Below, one piece after another: positions 13,107 through 26,949 of a stretch of DNA of 64,000 nt (within the stretch, counting starts at the first letter, position 1; each line of letters starts with the position of its first letter). The notes under the pieces are model-generated. The model was not told the DNA's origin. It worked only from the letters and a program-made list of their open reading frames with translations, and did not search any database. The DNA is from Octopus vulgaris (Eukaryota). The stretch is from the NCBI GenBank assembly GCA_951406725.2, contig OX597825.1, positions 11,966,001-12,030,000 of the forward strand, given 5' to 3'. The translations under genes and the position numbers were made by a program.

Positions 13107-13764
13107 CACACACCAATACACAAACACACACACACAAATATATAAAATAAGAACTCAAATTGGTTAAAGATACTCTACAGCTATTTCAGACGTGTTTTGT
13201 ATTGATGAATAATTCGATTACATTATAAAAAAAGAAAAAGTTTTCTAGAAGTGAATTAAAAATCTAAAAGTTGGTTCAAATCCACATTCCATATTTTGGT
13301 AATTTTTCTCAGAAGTAAAAACTAAGGAACAAAAAACGCACTCAACAGCAGAGCTGAAGACACCTACAGGGATAATTAATTTATTTAATTTATTTAATTA
13401 TTGATGGTGAAACTTCGAGTTAGAGAAATAACTTGTTTAAATTTCTTCAAATTGTCTTGTTATGTTCGCCTAATCATTGAAACGTGGTATTTGACATCGC
13501 AGTTTAAAACATCGCGTGGTAAAGAATGGCTTCTGCGTTTCAATGATAGTTTAACGTGCGATGCTCAGTTACAGCCATGGGAACGTTGTGTATACTTAGT
13601 GACAACAAACTAATGCCGCTAGTCTTAGATGTAGCTGATGCCTCTGCTGGATCACTGAACTGCAGCCATATGGGTGATAATACCTTTATGCATGTCTGGC
13701 ATATTACCTGATCTAGTGAGAGACATCGAGATTATAGGTATGGTCACTGGTTTCAAAAACCTGA

Positions 13765-14335
13765 AAAGTCTATGTTTTCAATCAGCAGAATATACCGTTC
13801 TATTAACGGACACTGCAGTTGGAGTATCTCCAGGCACTTTCGGAGGAAGATGGGTATTTGTGAGGTCTGCATGGGTAAGATGGGACCCTGTCCAAAATAT
13901 TTCATTTCATGCATTGATGTGACTATCATTACAGAGTTTCCAGATGAAGCGTGACAAGGAGGTACTGCTTAACTTGTCTTCAGATCTGAATCATTGTATG
14001 TCCAGCAATATAATCAAACCTTCAAGTTATTTACTGCCATCCCCGTGTTGTGTCGCGTACTACCATGAGTGGGTATCAGTAAGGCTCTAGAGGCAATACC
14101 TTTTGAGAGACATAATCCTCCCAGATGACAGTTCGTAGCATTCCAGCAGTTACAGGTCTGACTGCAGAATAAATATTTTGTGGTTGTGTATATGCTTTTG
14201 TTGTAGCGTGCTATGTTAGAATCTATATTATCTAAACATGAACAGCTGCATTTAAGATCATGAGAATTAAAGCGTGCATGTTTACGGTGCCTATGGGATC
14301 AAGTGGGATGTTGTTTAATGCCAGGAAACACCTGG
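13765..14335 (-). pseudogene. Penelope-like retroelement remnant (Cys-rich linker plus GIY-YIG endonuclease)
   Basis: Minus frames give KCSCSCLDNIDSNIARYNK, CNCWNATNCHLGGLCLSKGIASRA..HNTG, and FRSEDKLSSTSLSRFIWKL..NILDRVPSY, matching PLE motifs CNC..CPL.G.CL, IIY.A..YIG and STSLS.YIW.LK; stops and frameshifts present. Confidence 0.8.
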
Positions 14336-14589
14336 CTATCAATTAATCTATTGAATATTCAGGCTCTTTCCGTCATCATTCGCGATCTTATTAATTAATG
14401 ATGTGCATTCCACTTTCACTCGGAAAATATACATTCTCTTTCTGAGATTCGGGATAATAGTGGACCTGCAATATAGCCTTGCGAATATGAATAAATAGAT
14501 GCGACTATATGATACAGGGAGCACAAACATGTATGTACATATATATTACTATATGTGGGCGTTTGCCTCTTGAGGAACAGTATGTGTTT

Positions 14590-15548
14590 GGTAGTTTTAT
14601 AGCATTCATCACACACACACACACCACACGCACACACACACATACACACACACACACGCACACACATATATATGTAAAATAAAACTTACTTTGAAAAGGA
14701 TGCGTGGCGTTCGATCATATAATACTATAAGTAATATATAAATATATGAACATATACTTACATATATGTACATACCTACGTATGTATGTATATATACATA
14801 TACATATATATATACATATATATATATATGGGTACATATATGGGTACATATATACATATATAGGTACAGGACATCAAAAGAAACGTTGAACACACACACA
14901 CTCACAAACACACACACACACATATATGTATGTATGTATACACATATATATATTTGCATATACACACATGCACAAATATATGCACGCATATATATGTATG
15001 TGTGTGTATGCAAAATCCCACGCACACACAGACATTCTGCAATTCTTTTTATCACCTTCTGTCCTTCAACTGTCTCCCCCGCCCTATCTCTCTCTCTAAC
15101 ACACACTCACGCACACAACACTTTTCCCTATACATACTTTTAAATATAAATAACCAGGTATGTGTGTGTGTACGTTCGCTTGTTTTTGTGCGTACATCAA
15201 TATATTAAAAGCAAGTGTATATATTTTTACATTTATATTGAAGTGGCCATGAATACGAGTTTGCGTAAGATATAATGCTATGAAAATCAATAGTAAAATG
15301 CGACATTGTATATTGATATGTGATCAAGATCCCTTTCCATAACGGAACGAGGAAAAAAATCAGATTATCGGATAACTGCCATACAGCTGCAGTATAACAG
15401 AACGCAATGGACTTCGATGGATTTCAATACTGAGAGAAATGAAAAACATGGATGCGTTTTGCAAAATATCTTTCCAGCTTCCACTTTTCTCTTTTTCTTT
15501 TACTCCGTGCATATGTGTATGTATGAACGTATCTCTATATATATACAT

Positions 15549-15581
<33 letters not shown>

Positions 15582-15677
15582 CATATGTGTATATATATAT
15601 ATATATACATACATATATATATACATATATATATACATATATATATATGTATATATATATGTATATGTATATGTATG

Positions 15678-15740
<63 letters not shown>

Positions 15741-15765
15741 TTGTGTGTGTGAGTGTGTATGTATG
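14590..15765. repeat. Microsatellite-rich tract, (CA)n/(TA)n/(TG)n
   Basis: Seen directly, with unique interruptions. Confidence 0.9.
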
Positions 15766-15769
15766 TTTG

Positions 15770-15930
15770 TGGATCAAAACAGTTTGATTCAAATTCGTTG
15801 GTACACTTGAGATTCAAGCGCGATGCTAGTCGTCAGTGAATTTGAATTTGAAATTCAAAATGGCTGACGACAAGCATCGCACTTGTAACTCAAATGCATC
15901 AGCGAATTTGCATCAGACTCTTTTGATCCA
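15770..15930. repeat. ~160-bp imperfect palindrome (fold-back / MITE-like)
   Basis: TGGATCAAAAC...GAATTT pairs with AAATTC...TTTTGATCCA around centre 15850. Confidence 0.85.
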
Positions 15931-15994
15931 TACATGTAACTCTCAAACTTTGGTATACATATACATGTATATACGTGTATACATACAACCACAT

Positions 15995-16193
15995 GTGGAT
16001 CGCTGGCAATTATTTTTCTCCGTCTTCCTTTTCTCCTGGATTTTCCTCCGTGTCCTATTTCTGATGTAGAGCGTTGCTCGAAACGTCAAACCCCCTTTGT
16101 TTCCTACCGTGATCGTCTGCTAATACTTTGCATGTACCACATCCTTTGCGTTGTTGTTTTTCTTCCTTTGTTTTTCGTTCTTTTTTTATTTCC
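15995..16193 (+). mobile_element. Short PLE-terminus-like element with hammerhead-like motif, ending in (TA)n
   Basis: TTT-CTGATGTA-GAGC(GTT)GCTC-GAAA-CG-TC-AAA at 16058-16090; homologous to 42450-42646. Confidence 0.6.
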
Positions 16194-16235
16194 TATATAT
16201 ATATATGTATATATGTGTGTGTGTGTGTGTGTGTT

Positions 16236-16279
<44 letters not shown>

Positions 16280-17694
16280 GTATACACGAACACGTGCATA
16301 CATACATATATAAAATAGAGGGTGTAATGAACACATTGGAATTTGAGTACAGAAGCTGTTTGACTAAACATAATATTTAAAGCATATTCAAGTACGCTTA
16401 TGTTACTTTTGACGATTTTGTTGCTATCCCTAACAGAAATTTCTAGAGATTGTGATGATGCAGACAAACAGAGAGAGAAATTTCTAGTCAGCCTCTTACT
16501 GTTTTTGTCCTAATCTTTTTCTCATATATTAAATCGCTTAGTAAATATACTTTTAATACTGCTTATAGAAACAAATGCAAATCTACGTATCAGCTTGTAG
16601 ATGGGAATAAGACTCGTATTTCTTATAAGAAGGACCCATAATATCATTGTTCTTTTTCCTGTATCTTTACATAAATGAGAGTCAAATACATTACTGAGCT
16701 GGGTACTACAATATCACATACAAGAAGCTTGTAAGCTGTGTTATAATATCATGCGATGCTAGGTCGTATAAGACAAACGTCTTGCCAGTGAATATAAAGT
16801 AATATTTGAAATATATACAGTTTATAGAAAGTTATTGAAATTGGAGTGAATTGATAGTTGAAATAATACATTTCTTTAATCTGCAAATTCTTGGTTCGTC
16901 CAGTATAAATTGCTGCAGCCATTTGTCACTTACCCTGTACATAGTGTTGCTTCTGATTTCCGAAATTTCATTTCAGTTAAATAAGTAGACATTTTGATAC
17001 CATCTCTCTTTCAACAGCAATATTCATATAGACAGGAGTACTCCACGTAGCTGTCAGATCTTGAATTATTGCCCATTATCCAAAATGAAAATCGACAGAC
17101 GTGGAGTAGGTTTACATTTTCCAATGTAAATTCGAAAATGTCAGGAATTCTATTCACGCTGTTGTATGCAGAACCGTCAAAGTAATATTGTACTAATGCT
17201 TACACAAGGAATATAAATGTTCTTATGTCAAACAACATTTCATATGCAAAAACGGAAAGTGTGGTTTATGTAATGACAAATGATGTTTGAATATGTCAAA
17301 AATGAGACGTAAATGGTTTTCCGTAGCAAATATGAAATATATTATAAAGAAGGCAATGATCTGTTAATAAATAAAAGCGAATAATCTATTAGGATTTTAA
17401 AAATCTCAGTTAAATTCGAATTCAAAAGGTAAATTTATGGAAATTTATGATGTATTATCTATTTACAAATATACAAATTGTAAAATATCGAATATAGCTA
17501 TGGTTATGTTTGTATTGGTTAATATATAAAATATGACCGTCAAATGTCCTACAGAAATAGCATTCCGAGCAGCAAAAGGACTTTGAGAATTTGGCAGAGT
17601 TATTAGAAAACAGATCGAAAGGAGGAGTGGTATACAGTTTGGCTCCTTCTGTTCTGATTTCAAATCACGCCGTGTCAATTATGTCAATTATGCA

Positions 17695-17995
17695 TGAGGA
17701 AGGATGAAAACATGAGGCTGATCTGGAACCCAACCTAGTCCCACATATCTACGGCGTTCGCCGCTGGAATAAGGAGTGATTGGAGATCACGCTGTCGTTA
17801 GCCTCAAATCGCCAGGCCTGGTCGGCGTTTGTGAGAGATGCAGCATTGAGGATGAATGAAGCCAGCTCAACCAACTCCGGGTGAATGCTGGAAGAAGAAG
17901 AAGAAGAAGAAGAAGAAGAAGAAGAAGAAGAAGAAGAAGAAGAAGAAGAAGAAGAAGAAGAAGAAGAAGAAGACGAAGAAGAAGAAGAAGAAGAA
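17695..17995 (+). mobile_element. RTE-clade LINE 3' end with (GAA)n tail
   Basis: EADLEPNLVPHIYGVRRWNKE*LEITLSLASNRQAWSAFVRDAALRMNEASSTNSG* resembles RTE C-termini (YG.RRW, LA.NR.AW); followed by (GAA)n at 17891-17995. Confidence 0.65.
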
Positions 17996-18984
17996 TTATG
18001 CTTTCATCCTTCGGAGTTAAAAACAGATAATGTACTGTACCCGAATAAAGCAATGGTCTTTCTAATCATTCAGACGCAGAACGGCTCGCTGTGTGATTTG
18101 TGTTCCATCTCTTTTTCTAGTGAGTTCGAATCCTACAGTGACCTTCTTGTGATAGTCTTACTAATGTTTCTGACGTCAGCCCATCTATCGGAATTTGGGT
18201 GCTTCAGGAGAGCCTACATTGTTGCAGTTGTTGAAGCATGGTTATAGCTTCAATAACATCTCCTACTTTCCCTACCAATTGAGTCGGACAGCCAGAAAAG
18301 GATCATGGCCACTACATCCCGCTTGACGAAAGGAAAATTGCATATATTGAACATGCCCTCCAAAGACGGAGCTTCTTCGATGTAGTTCGATCTGCATGAA
18401 CTAGCAGCCGAATCATAAAAGCAAAAATATAATGATAGCTGTTAGAGAATCTCAAATGAAAGAAGAGAACATTTTAAGAAATTGAGAATAAAATTACATG
18501 CTTAAAGGAAAGCATAATCTTTGTTGTAGAAACTGAACAATTATGAATATGTTATACAACCCGACTCGTGTTTTCTATCAGTGTGGATTTAATAACCGAG
18601 AAACGGTACATGTGTCTGTATGTCATCTCGCTTGCAGAAAGTCATCAGCATTTCCACTTATTACGCGAATTGCCTTTGAGAAATAATTTATTCATTTCAG
18701 GAATTTATTCCATTTCTTCTTTAACACTGAATGAAAAACCAGATTTCGGTTTACGCATTCGTTCTCGAATGAACATCAAAATTTAAATTGCAAGAGAAAT
18801 ATATAATTGCATATTTTGCTCTCGTTACTCAATGACGGGACGAAGTGGGTCTCTCACCGATCCATACGAAAGTTTGTCACTGGAAGATTCCGAGTTAAAG
18901 TTGCTTCTCAATGAAGTATTTCCATTAAGTACGGTACGTTCATGTTTGTTTTCATTTAATGCTGGTCGTTCGCCTGTCTCAACG

Positions 18985-19131
18985 ATCTGAGTTCAAATTC
19001 CGCCGAGGTCGATTTTGCCTTTCACCCTTCGAGGTCGATCATTTAAGTACCGGTTGCGTACTGGGGTCGATTTAATCGACTGGCCCCCTCCTCAAACATT
19101 TCGGGCCTTGTGCATAGAGTAGAAAAGAATA
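18985..19131 (+). mobile_element. SINE family B, 5'-truncated, tail type 1
   Basis: CTGAGTTCAAATTCCGCCGAGG...AGAGTAGAAAAGAATAT. Confidence 0.85.
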
Positions 19132-19661
19132 TTTTGTTGGTAGCATTGCATATAACAGATGTGTATACGTACACACATGTATATATACATAAGGAAATAT
19201 TGAGATGATTATATATGTGTGTGTGTATATGTGTGTATGTGTATGTGTGTATGTGTATGTGTGAGTGTGTAAATATTTCGCTCAGGCATAGTGATATAGT
19301 GATAATAATAAACAGGGGTCAGAATTCCGTATACCCAACTCTCAGAATAAAGCGTTTGTCGAGCTCAGAGCACAATATGAAATTAAATAAATCACAATGG
19401 AAGAAGAATTGAAAAAACAACTCCATCTCCCTGCTGTTTGTGCTATGATTTGCTGTACACTGAAAGCTGAGAGCGATTGCACCAGCTTATAGCTTTCCAG
19501 GAGCTTCTAAAATGAAGTACAAATTTATTTGGGAAAGCATATACATACATTGAGAAAATTGCCGTCGAAAATATTATACTACTGAAGAAATGGAGTGTAG
19601 AGCTTCAAGGATATGCTACTCAGAAATATGTAGATAAAGATAATTTTCTGTGTACACACAC

Positions 19662-19735
<74 letters not shown>

Positions 19736-20514
19736 CTTTATATAAATGTATGTGTATTTTTTCAATATGTACAAATAAAACGGAAAATAAATAAACAATT
19801 ACCAGGATAGCAAAAATTCACATCAGTACCAAGGATGTAATAGCCTACATATACAGGTAGAAATCCCAGGGTTAAGTGAAATGTATTTATATAACATAAA
19901 TAAATAAATAAATAAATGGAGTTGGTGTTATACAAATCTTTATATTTCCTACATATGTTCCGAAGAAAAAGTTTGGTATTATTCCAGAAGGAACGAAACG
20001 ATGTAAAACAATGCGATCTTCTCATGAAGGGGAAAGAAAAAGAGAAGTCAAACACATCAATAAGACATTTTAACAGAATATGATGACTGCGTATATGATG
20101 AAAGGAATGCTGGCAAGTTATTTAGAAACAAAAAACCTTAGTAGATATAACGTCAAAGGCTGTTTATAGAAAGAGGAGGAGAAAGAAAGAAATTAGCAGA
20201 AGACTAATAGTAGAGAAATATAGAGCGATAGGCGAACGCGAAAATAGCCTAAAGACGTGGAAATAGATATATGTAGTGGAAATTAAATGTAATATATGTA
20301 TAAGGTCATAAATATATAACACAAGCAAAGCAGCTAGTTAGAAGATCTTTATAAGAGATGAAAGTAGTAGCTATACTGAAAATTAATGTTGTTACGATTG
20401 ATGCAATCGATAACCAGCTAGAAGAAGATTCCTCTTGATGTTACAAACAACTAGTAGCAACGTTGGTTTGTACAGAAAAAGTCATGTTGAACTGCTGACA
20501 AACATTACCTTTAT

Positions 20515-21170
20515 ACGGAGCACCTTGGACGGGTGTTTTATACTATAGCCTCGGGCCGACCAGGGCCCAGTGAATGGATTTGGTACAGGGAAGATGAAAG
20601 AAGCCCGATGTATATATATATATATATATATACTTACAAAGAATCAATTCTGGGGTCGATTTTTCGACTGAAAACCATTTAAGGCGATGCTCCATCATGA
20701 CTGCAATCAAATGAGAGAAACAGGAAAAAGAATGAATAAATATAGGGGAAGGCATGACTGTGTGGTAAGAAGCATGCTTCGCAACCAAATGGTTACGTGT
20801 TCAGTCCCACTGCGTATCACCTTGAAGAAGTGCCTTTTACTATATCCTCGGGGCAACCAAAGGCTCGTGAGTGGATTTGGTAGATGAAAACTGAAAGAAG
20901 CGTACCGTATCGAGTCTCAGTTTAAATTCCGTGTGTGTATTTATGTTTCCGTCTTTGTATCTATGTTTGTCCTCCCACCATCACTTGATAACCGATGTTG
21001 GTGTGTTTATGTTCCCGTAACATAGCGGTGCGGCAAAAGTGACCGATAGAATAAGTATTAGGCTTACAAACAATAAGTTCTGGGGCCTGTTTGTTCGAAT
21101 AAAACACTTTAAGGCGGTGCTCCAATATGGATGCACTTAAATGACCGAATCAAATAAAAAATTAAAGAAA
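20515..21170 (+). mobile_element. Two head-to-tail SINE family A copies (a deleted copy, then a full copy from ~20744)
   Basis: Both contain A-family blocks such as CTATAGCCTCGGGC, CTTACAAA and AAGGCG(A/G)TGCTCCA. Confidence 0.8.
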
Positions 21171-21193
21171 AAATATATATGTATACATACATA

Positions 21194-21275
<82 letters not shown>

Positions 21276-22487
21276 TAAATCCTAAACTGATTATATATAT
21301 ATGCTTTATTCGCAATGAGCAGACGTCGAGGAGTGACTCAAGGGCCAAGAGGTTCGTTCATGATACTTATTAGATATGTCCCATACACAAAACGCTTGTA
21401 TAAATAAACCTTATCATGAAAATATTGTAAAATGGGTAAAGCTATAAGAGTATGCCATCACCCGAGTTATCGGAATTTAAACTGAGACTCGATTTTTTTC
21501 TTGGTGTGGTCGGCACACTACCCTACTGGAACTCATACTCTGTTAATACCGAAACGATTTACTGTTTGGTCTAACGGCAAACTCATCAGATTGCATCCTT
21601 CATGCAGAATTATGGAAAGGATATTTTTGAAGATACCATCGAATATATGTTTGTACTTAAATTTTACACATAGTTAAGGGTGGGCGTGACATTCATTATT
21701 TGATATGTTTTTCAACAGAGTTCAATGAGAAAATTAATTAAAACAGCTATTAATTTGCATATTAACATCAAACAACGTGTAAAATTGAATGTAGAACACA
21801 AACTACATCTTCAATACATTTAATTTAATTCATGTTCCGTGATGCTTCTGCTCATCCTTTCTATAATTAAGTATCTTACGTATTGTTTGTTTCAATTTGA
21901 GAACGATATTTCGTAATTAAAGTACCAAATTACAAGATTAAAGAATATTTAAGATGCACCCGCATTGAAACGATACAAATATTTTTGTATAAATTTCAGA
22001 ATGTAATTTTATTTTGAAGTCGTGATTGAGCAGGAAATGCTGACATGGAGACGGAGAGAGAAGTAATGTAAAAGAGAGATAGACAGGGAGAGAAAAATGG
22101 AGAAAAAGAAAGACAAGAAAGCAACAGAGAGTGAAAGCAATATATATATATATATATATAAATGGAAGAGGGAAGGCGAAAGAAAGGGAGGGAAATGAAA
22201 TATAACATAAAACGAATATAAAGTAATGAGTGATATTGACAATAATAATCCCAATATGTGTATTAACAAGGTTATTAATGTTTAGTATGAACACAACAAG
22301 CAACACCACGATTCGAACAACAACATTAAGAAAACAACAACATAGAGGAAAGCAAAACACAACATCAGTAATGTTATTCCTATGATAATATTAGATAACA
22401 TCGCTCCATCTAAAATTTAGCGTTTCGTTTCCACTGGAATTTTTTGTTTGATGTATCAAACCTCTTCTTAAGAACACAGTATAAACA

Positions 22488-22682
22488 CAAGCACCACTAC
22501 TACCACTACAACCACCAACACCACAGCCAACACTACTACCAGCATCACTCCCAACAACAACAGCACCAGTACCACCAGCACAACAGGATTCACCAATGCT
22601 GCAATAACCGCATCACCATCACCACCAACACCACCACTAACACCGCCACCACACCTCCTCCTTCACCACCACCATCAACCAC
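22488..22682. repeat. (CAC/CAA/CAG) low-complexity trinucleotide tract
   Basis: Seen directly. Confidence 0.9.
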
Positions 22683-22822
22683 GTATAAAACAACCTTACT
22701 AACAACAATAGAGATACCTAAATTTTGATAATACCCATAAATTACACGCGTCATAAATTGCCTTTTAATATTCATTGGATTGGTAAGTAAAACAAAGATA
22801 ATAGCTTATGTATATATGTATG

Positions 22823-22904
<82 letters not shown>

Positions 22905-22994
22905 TGTATATATGTATGTATGCATATATGTACGTATGTATGCATGTATGTATTTGGCAAACAAAATAATCATAACATCGTATTTAGATTGTTC

Positions 22995-23045
<51 letters not shown>

Positions 23046-25220
23046 CGTGTGTGTGTGTGTATGTGTGTGATTGTGTGTGTGTGTGTATACTTATAGTTAT
23101 GTGTGTATTTATAGCAGTGCAACGTGGGATCTAATTGGACTACAGATATAATGAAACGGCTTTCAAAAGGACAAGGTTACAATTTTACGGTGATGTAATA
23201 CAGTAGTGTTACTCTAGCGAAGGAGAAAATAAAGACGACGAAACGACTGCCATATTTTTCCCTTTCAGAGCAACGGTTTGTGTATCTAAATGTATTGTAT
23301 TAATTAATGTTGGCTGAGTAATGAAAAACAAGATGGTGTGATGATAGGAGAATGAAAGGATTATAATGTTATCTCGGAAATGGTGGAAATTGTAGGGAAA
23401 ATAAGAATTTTACACTTATTATTAGTGAAAAAAATTAAGCTTGAATTTTCATACGTAGGAAATTAGATGTACCAACAAACATTTATATAATAACAAAACA
23501 GAATCGATAGAAACAAATTGGAACGGAGAGCAGTTATTCGGAAGTAAAAAATCTGATACACAAAATGGAGAGCTTTGTTAAACGATGTAAACTACGGTAG
23601 AGAAAGGAGCTTAAATAGCTTTTACTTTCTATTGTGTTGATAATACACGAGGAACACAAAAAAAGATCTAATAAAGTACGGCTGTCATAATCGAATTTGG
23701 TATTTTTGGCACTTGCATAATTTTCACTGTAAAATACATTCAGGGGTGGTTTCAGAAAAGAAATACATTCATATGAATGAAACACCTTTTTATCACACAT
23801 ATACGGAAATAGAATGTTATTTCACAGATTAGATATATTAACAGAAATAACGAGTAAATTGGAAACCCCAAATGTAATACACTTTCACAGAAAAGTTGTA
23901 GGTCGTTTTTCTTCAAATAGATGATGATGGTGATTGTTTGATCTTCATACCTATTGCTGCGAATCTGTCTATTTGGAATATATTTTCGCAATTTGATTGT
24001 CGTTGGTTCTTTTCTCGCCTTCAACGAGCGTCGACATATGTGCAGACTGCCATCTAAAATGGCAGCGGTAGGTATTGTTTATTATATAAATCATTCATAA
24101 TTCCTTTCCAGTTGTGTTAAATCTAAGTTAATGATCGATAATAAGTGAGAAAATATGTGAATGATATTGTTTAATTTATTTTTGCGTATATTTATTTTTG
24201 TAAACAGCGAGACAATAGGTATCATAAATCTCATGAGAACCTCATTTCTTTCGCACGATATTTTCACTACAGTTCTCTCACATTTTCCACTTGGTCTTTT
24301 ATTATGATATCTCGATTTTCGCGAGATGACAGAATAGTTAACGTGCTACGAAAAAAAAAACCAAAAGAAAACAAAAACAAAAAGAAGACCTTATTTAGCG
24401 ACTAGTAAGTACAGTAACACAAATTAAATTTTAAATTTATATGGCAGTTGTGATAATCATCGGGCAAGTATATTATTCTTTACCATAGTCATCCCATTAT
24501 ATGAAAAAAAAAAATAATACAATTTATAGTATATTATGTTTGTATAAGGAAATACCACGTACCAACAAAACATTAGTCCTTGCATACCAGCTCCCGGAAT
24601 GAGCTTGATATGTAAATAGGTATATTCAATCACATAACACTGGTGTATCCGGTGGCTCTATATGCAATGTGTTCGGAAGCAATACTGTGAAGAAGGGCGG
24701 CAACACCCGAAATATAGTATATACATTCATTACCCAATTTTTCTTCGATCACATTGTCTGTTTACATCTGGAGTCTCAATACGAATAGATGTAACGATAA
24801 TCAGTGCTGGTTATGAGTTCTACGGAATATCTGTTGAAATAACCTTAACAAAATAATGTAAGAGCACAGCTGATGCAATAAAACCGGTTACTGACTTAAG
24901 AAAACATTTAGTATACCTTAGAGTACATTGTGTTCGTAGAACAAAGTACCACGTACTTCTAAATCTTTAATGTTTTCATACCAGCCCAAGGAATGCGATT
25001 AATATGTAATTTGGTATATCCAATGAATTAACACTACTGTATGCGGTGGCTATATAAGCAATATGCTCGGAGGTGAGAATGAGCTAGACGAGTGCTAATG
25101 AAAGGGCAAACGCCACCGAAATATGGCATTTACACTTATTTCCCACAATGCACTTCGCATTGTTTTCGCCTTCAAATAACGCCACCCCGCTGGCTAAGCG
25201 AGCAGGCCAATGTATATATA

Positions 25221-25368
25221 CTTTATTTAAAGCAGCAGAAAATTCAACAAAACCTGTTACTCTGAGTTTTTGTTGAATTTTCTGCTGCTTTAAATAAAGC
25301 ATATTACTCTACCACTGGTATTTGAGTACTCTTTTTTACACCTTGTTTCACATTTATGTGTTTATTCC

Positions 25369-25370
<2 letters not shown>
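25221..25370 (+). mobile_element. Internally deleted copy of the fold-back element at 28107-28335
   Basis: Near-identical arms and tail; centre lost at GTTT microhomology; flanked by (TA)n. Confidence 0.85.
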
Positions 25371-25438
<68 letters not shown>

Positions 25439-26110
25439 CATATATATACATATATATGTATTATGCTTGCATGCATGCATGTATGTACGTTCGTGCTTAC
25501 GTTATGTGTATACACACACGCACATACACACATATACACAGATATGCACACGCACACACACATACACACACACACACATATATGGTATGTAAACTGTTTC
25601 TGGTATCTAATTGTTGATTATGATAAATATGTTTACAGTTGGTGATGTAGAAGGTTGAATGAGTAACTGATCTATTAACCTGATATATTTTAACACAAGT
25701 TCCAAAACATAGATTTTAGGGAAAATATGTTATCCTTGGAACAACGACGAACGATAAAGAGATAAATTTATCATGTTGGGATGTATGCTCAGATGGTTAG
25801 AAGAAGATAAGCGCAATAGTGTTTTTGAAGATCAAGCGGGAGTTGTTAAAATAATTACAATTAATATAATTCGCTCGATTTAATCGATTATGTTCGCTTC
25901 TCTAAAAAAAAGAGATTATTAATTTTACTCAGGAGGTGTTTTGCCAGTCAGAAAATTTGAAACTCCTCTTAGAAGCACGAATTCCTCTCTATCATTGGCA
26001 TAATTATTAGTAATTTCGATCTCTTCCACTCTCTGTTTCACATTGACTGTGTTCGCATCAGTGATAAAAATTATACTCAATACAAGATGGAGAGCAAATA
26101 AAATGTTTTG

Positions 26111-26157
<47 letters not shown>

Positions 26158-26197
26158 CATATAGTTATACATATATATGTGCATTATCTACACATAC

Positions 26198-26235
<38 letters not shown>

Positions 26236-26244
26236 CATGTATAC

Positions 26245-26301
<57 letters not shown>

Positions 26302-26320
26302 TAGATAGATATATCATGCA

Positions 26321-26531
26321 TCAAAATAAGCAACAAGGATATCCAGAGGTAATGCAGTACGATCGTTTCATGCGACTCTATTTAATTGGATATACTTGTT
26401 GCTTATTTTGATTTTAACCACCTTATTTTGAAATTGTATGGATAATATCGTACTAAATTCTGGTGCCTCAATTTAAGTACCATATTCATCTGAATCGAAA
26501 TTTTTACTGAACTCATCTACTATACCTAGAG
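26321..26531. mobile_element. Fold-back PLE-terminus-like element beside (TA)n
   Basis: Inverted repeat TCAAAATAAGCAACAAGGATATCCA (26321-26345) / TGGATATACTTGTTGCTTATTTTGA (26387-26411); the spacer on the minus strand reads GAAA-CGATCG-TA, the 3' half of a hammerhead. Confidence 0.5.
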
Positions 26532-26718
26532 TATATATCATGTATGTATATAAAATATGAGTGAAAGAAATTGGAATTCACGAGATTCTTTATTATTCAC
26601 TAAGATCGTTTGAACCCATCGTGTGTCTTAGCCTGGTAGGTGAGATGCTGTACAAACAGGTGTGGTGCATCATTGGTGCAGATGAGTCTCCTCGCTTAAC
26701 TTGTCAAAAGGTATCTCA

Positions 26719-26949
26719 AGGCGGCGAGCTGGCAGAAACGATAGCACGCCGGGCGAAATGCGTAGCCGTATTTCGTCTGTCGTTACGTTCTGAGTTCAAA
26801 TTCGGCCGAGGTAGACTTTGCCTTTCATCCTTTCGGGGTCGATAAATTAAGTACCAGTTACGCACTGGGGTCGATGTAATCGACTTAATACCTATGTCTG
26901 TCCTTGTTTGTCCCCTCTGTCTTTAGCCCCTTGTGGGTAATAAAGAAAT
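26719..26949 (+). mobile_element. SINE family B, tail type 2, with 10-bp TSD
   Basis: Full head; tail TTTGTCCCCTCTGTCTTTAGCCCCTTGTGGGTAATAAAGAAAT; TSD AGGTATCTCA at 26709-26718 and 26950-26959. Confidence 0.9.

Noticed and set aside
13674-13954. Plus-strand ORFs of 82 and 60 aa
   Set aside because: Largely antisense to the Penelope-like endonuclease relic; no independent support.
18180-18400. Possible LINE endonuclease fragment (YIVAVVEAWL)
   Set aside because: Single weak motif; could not be extended.
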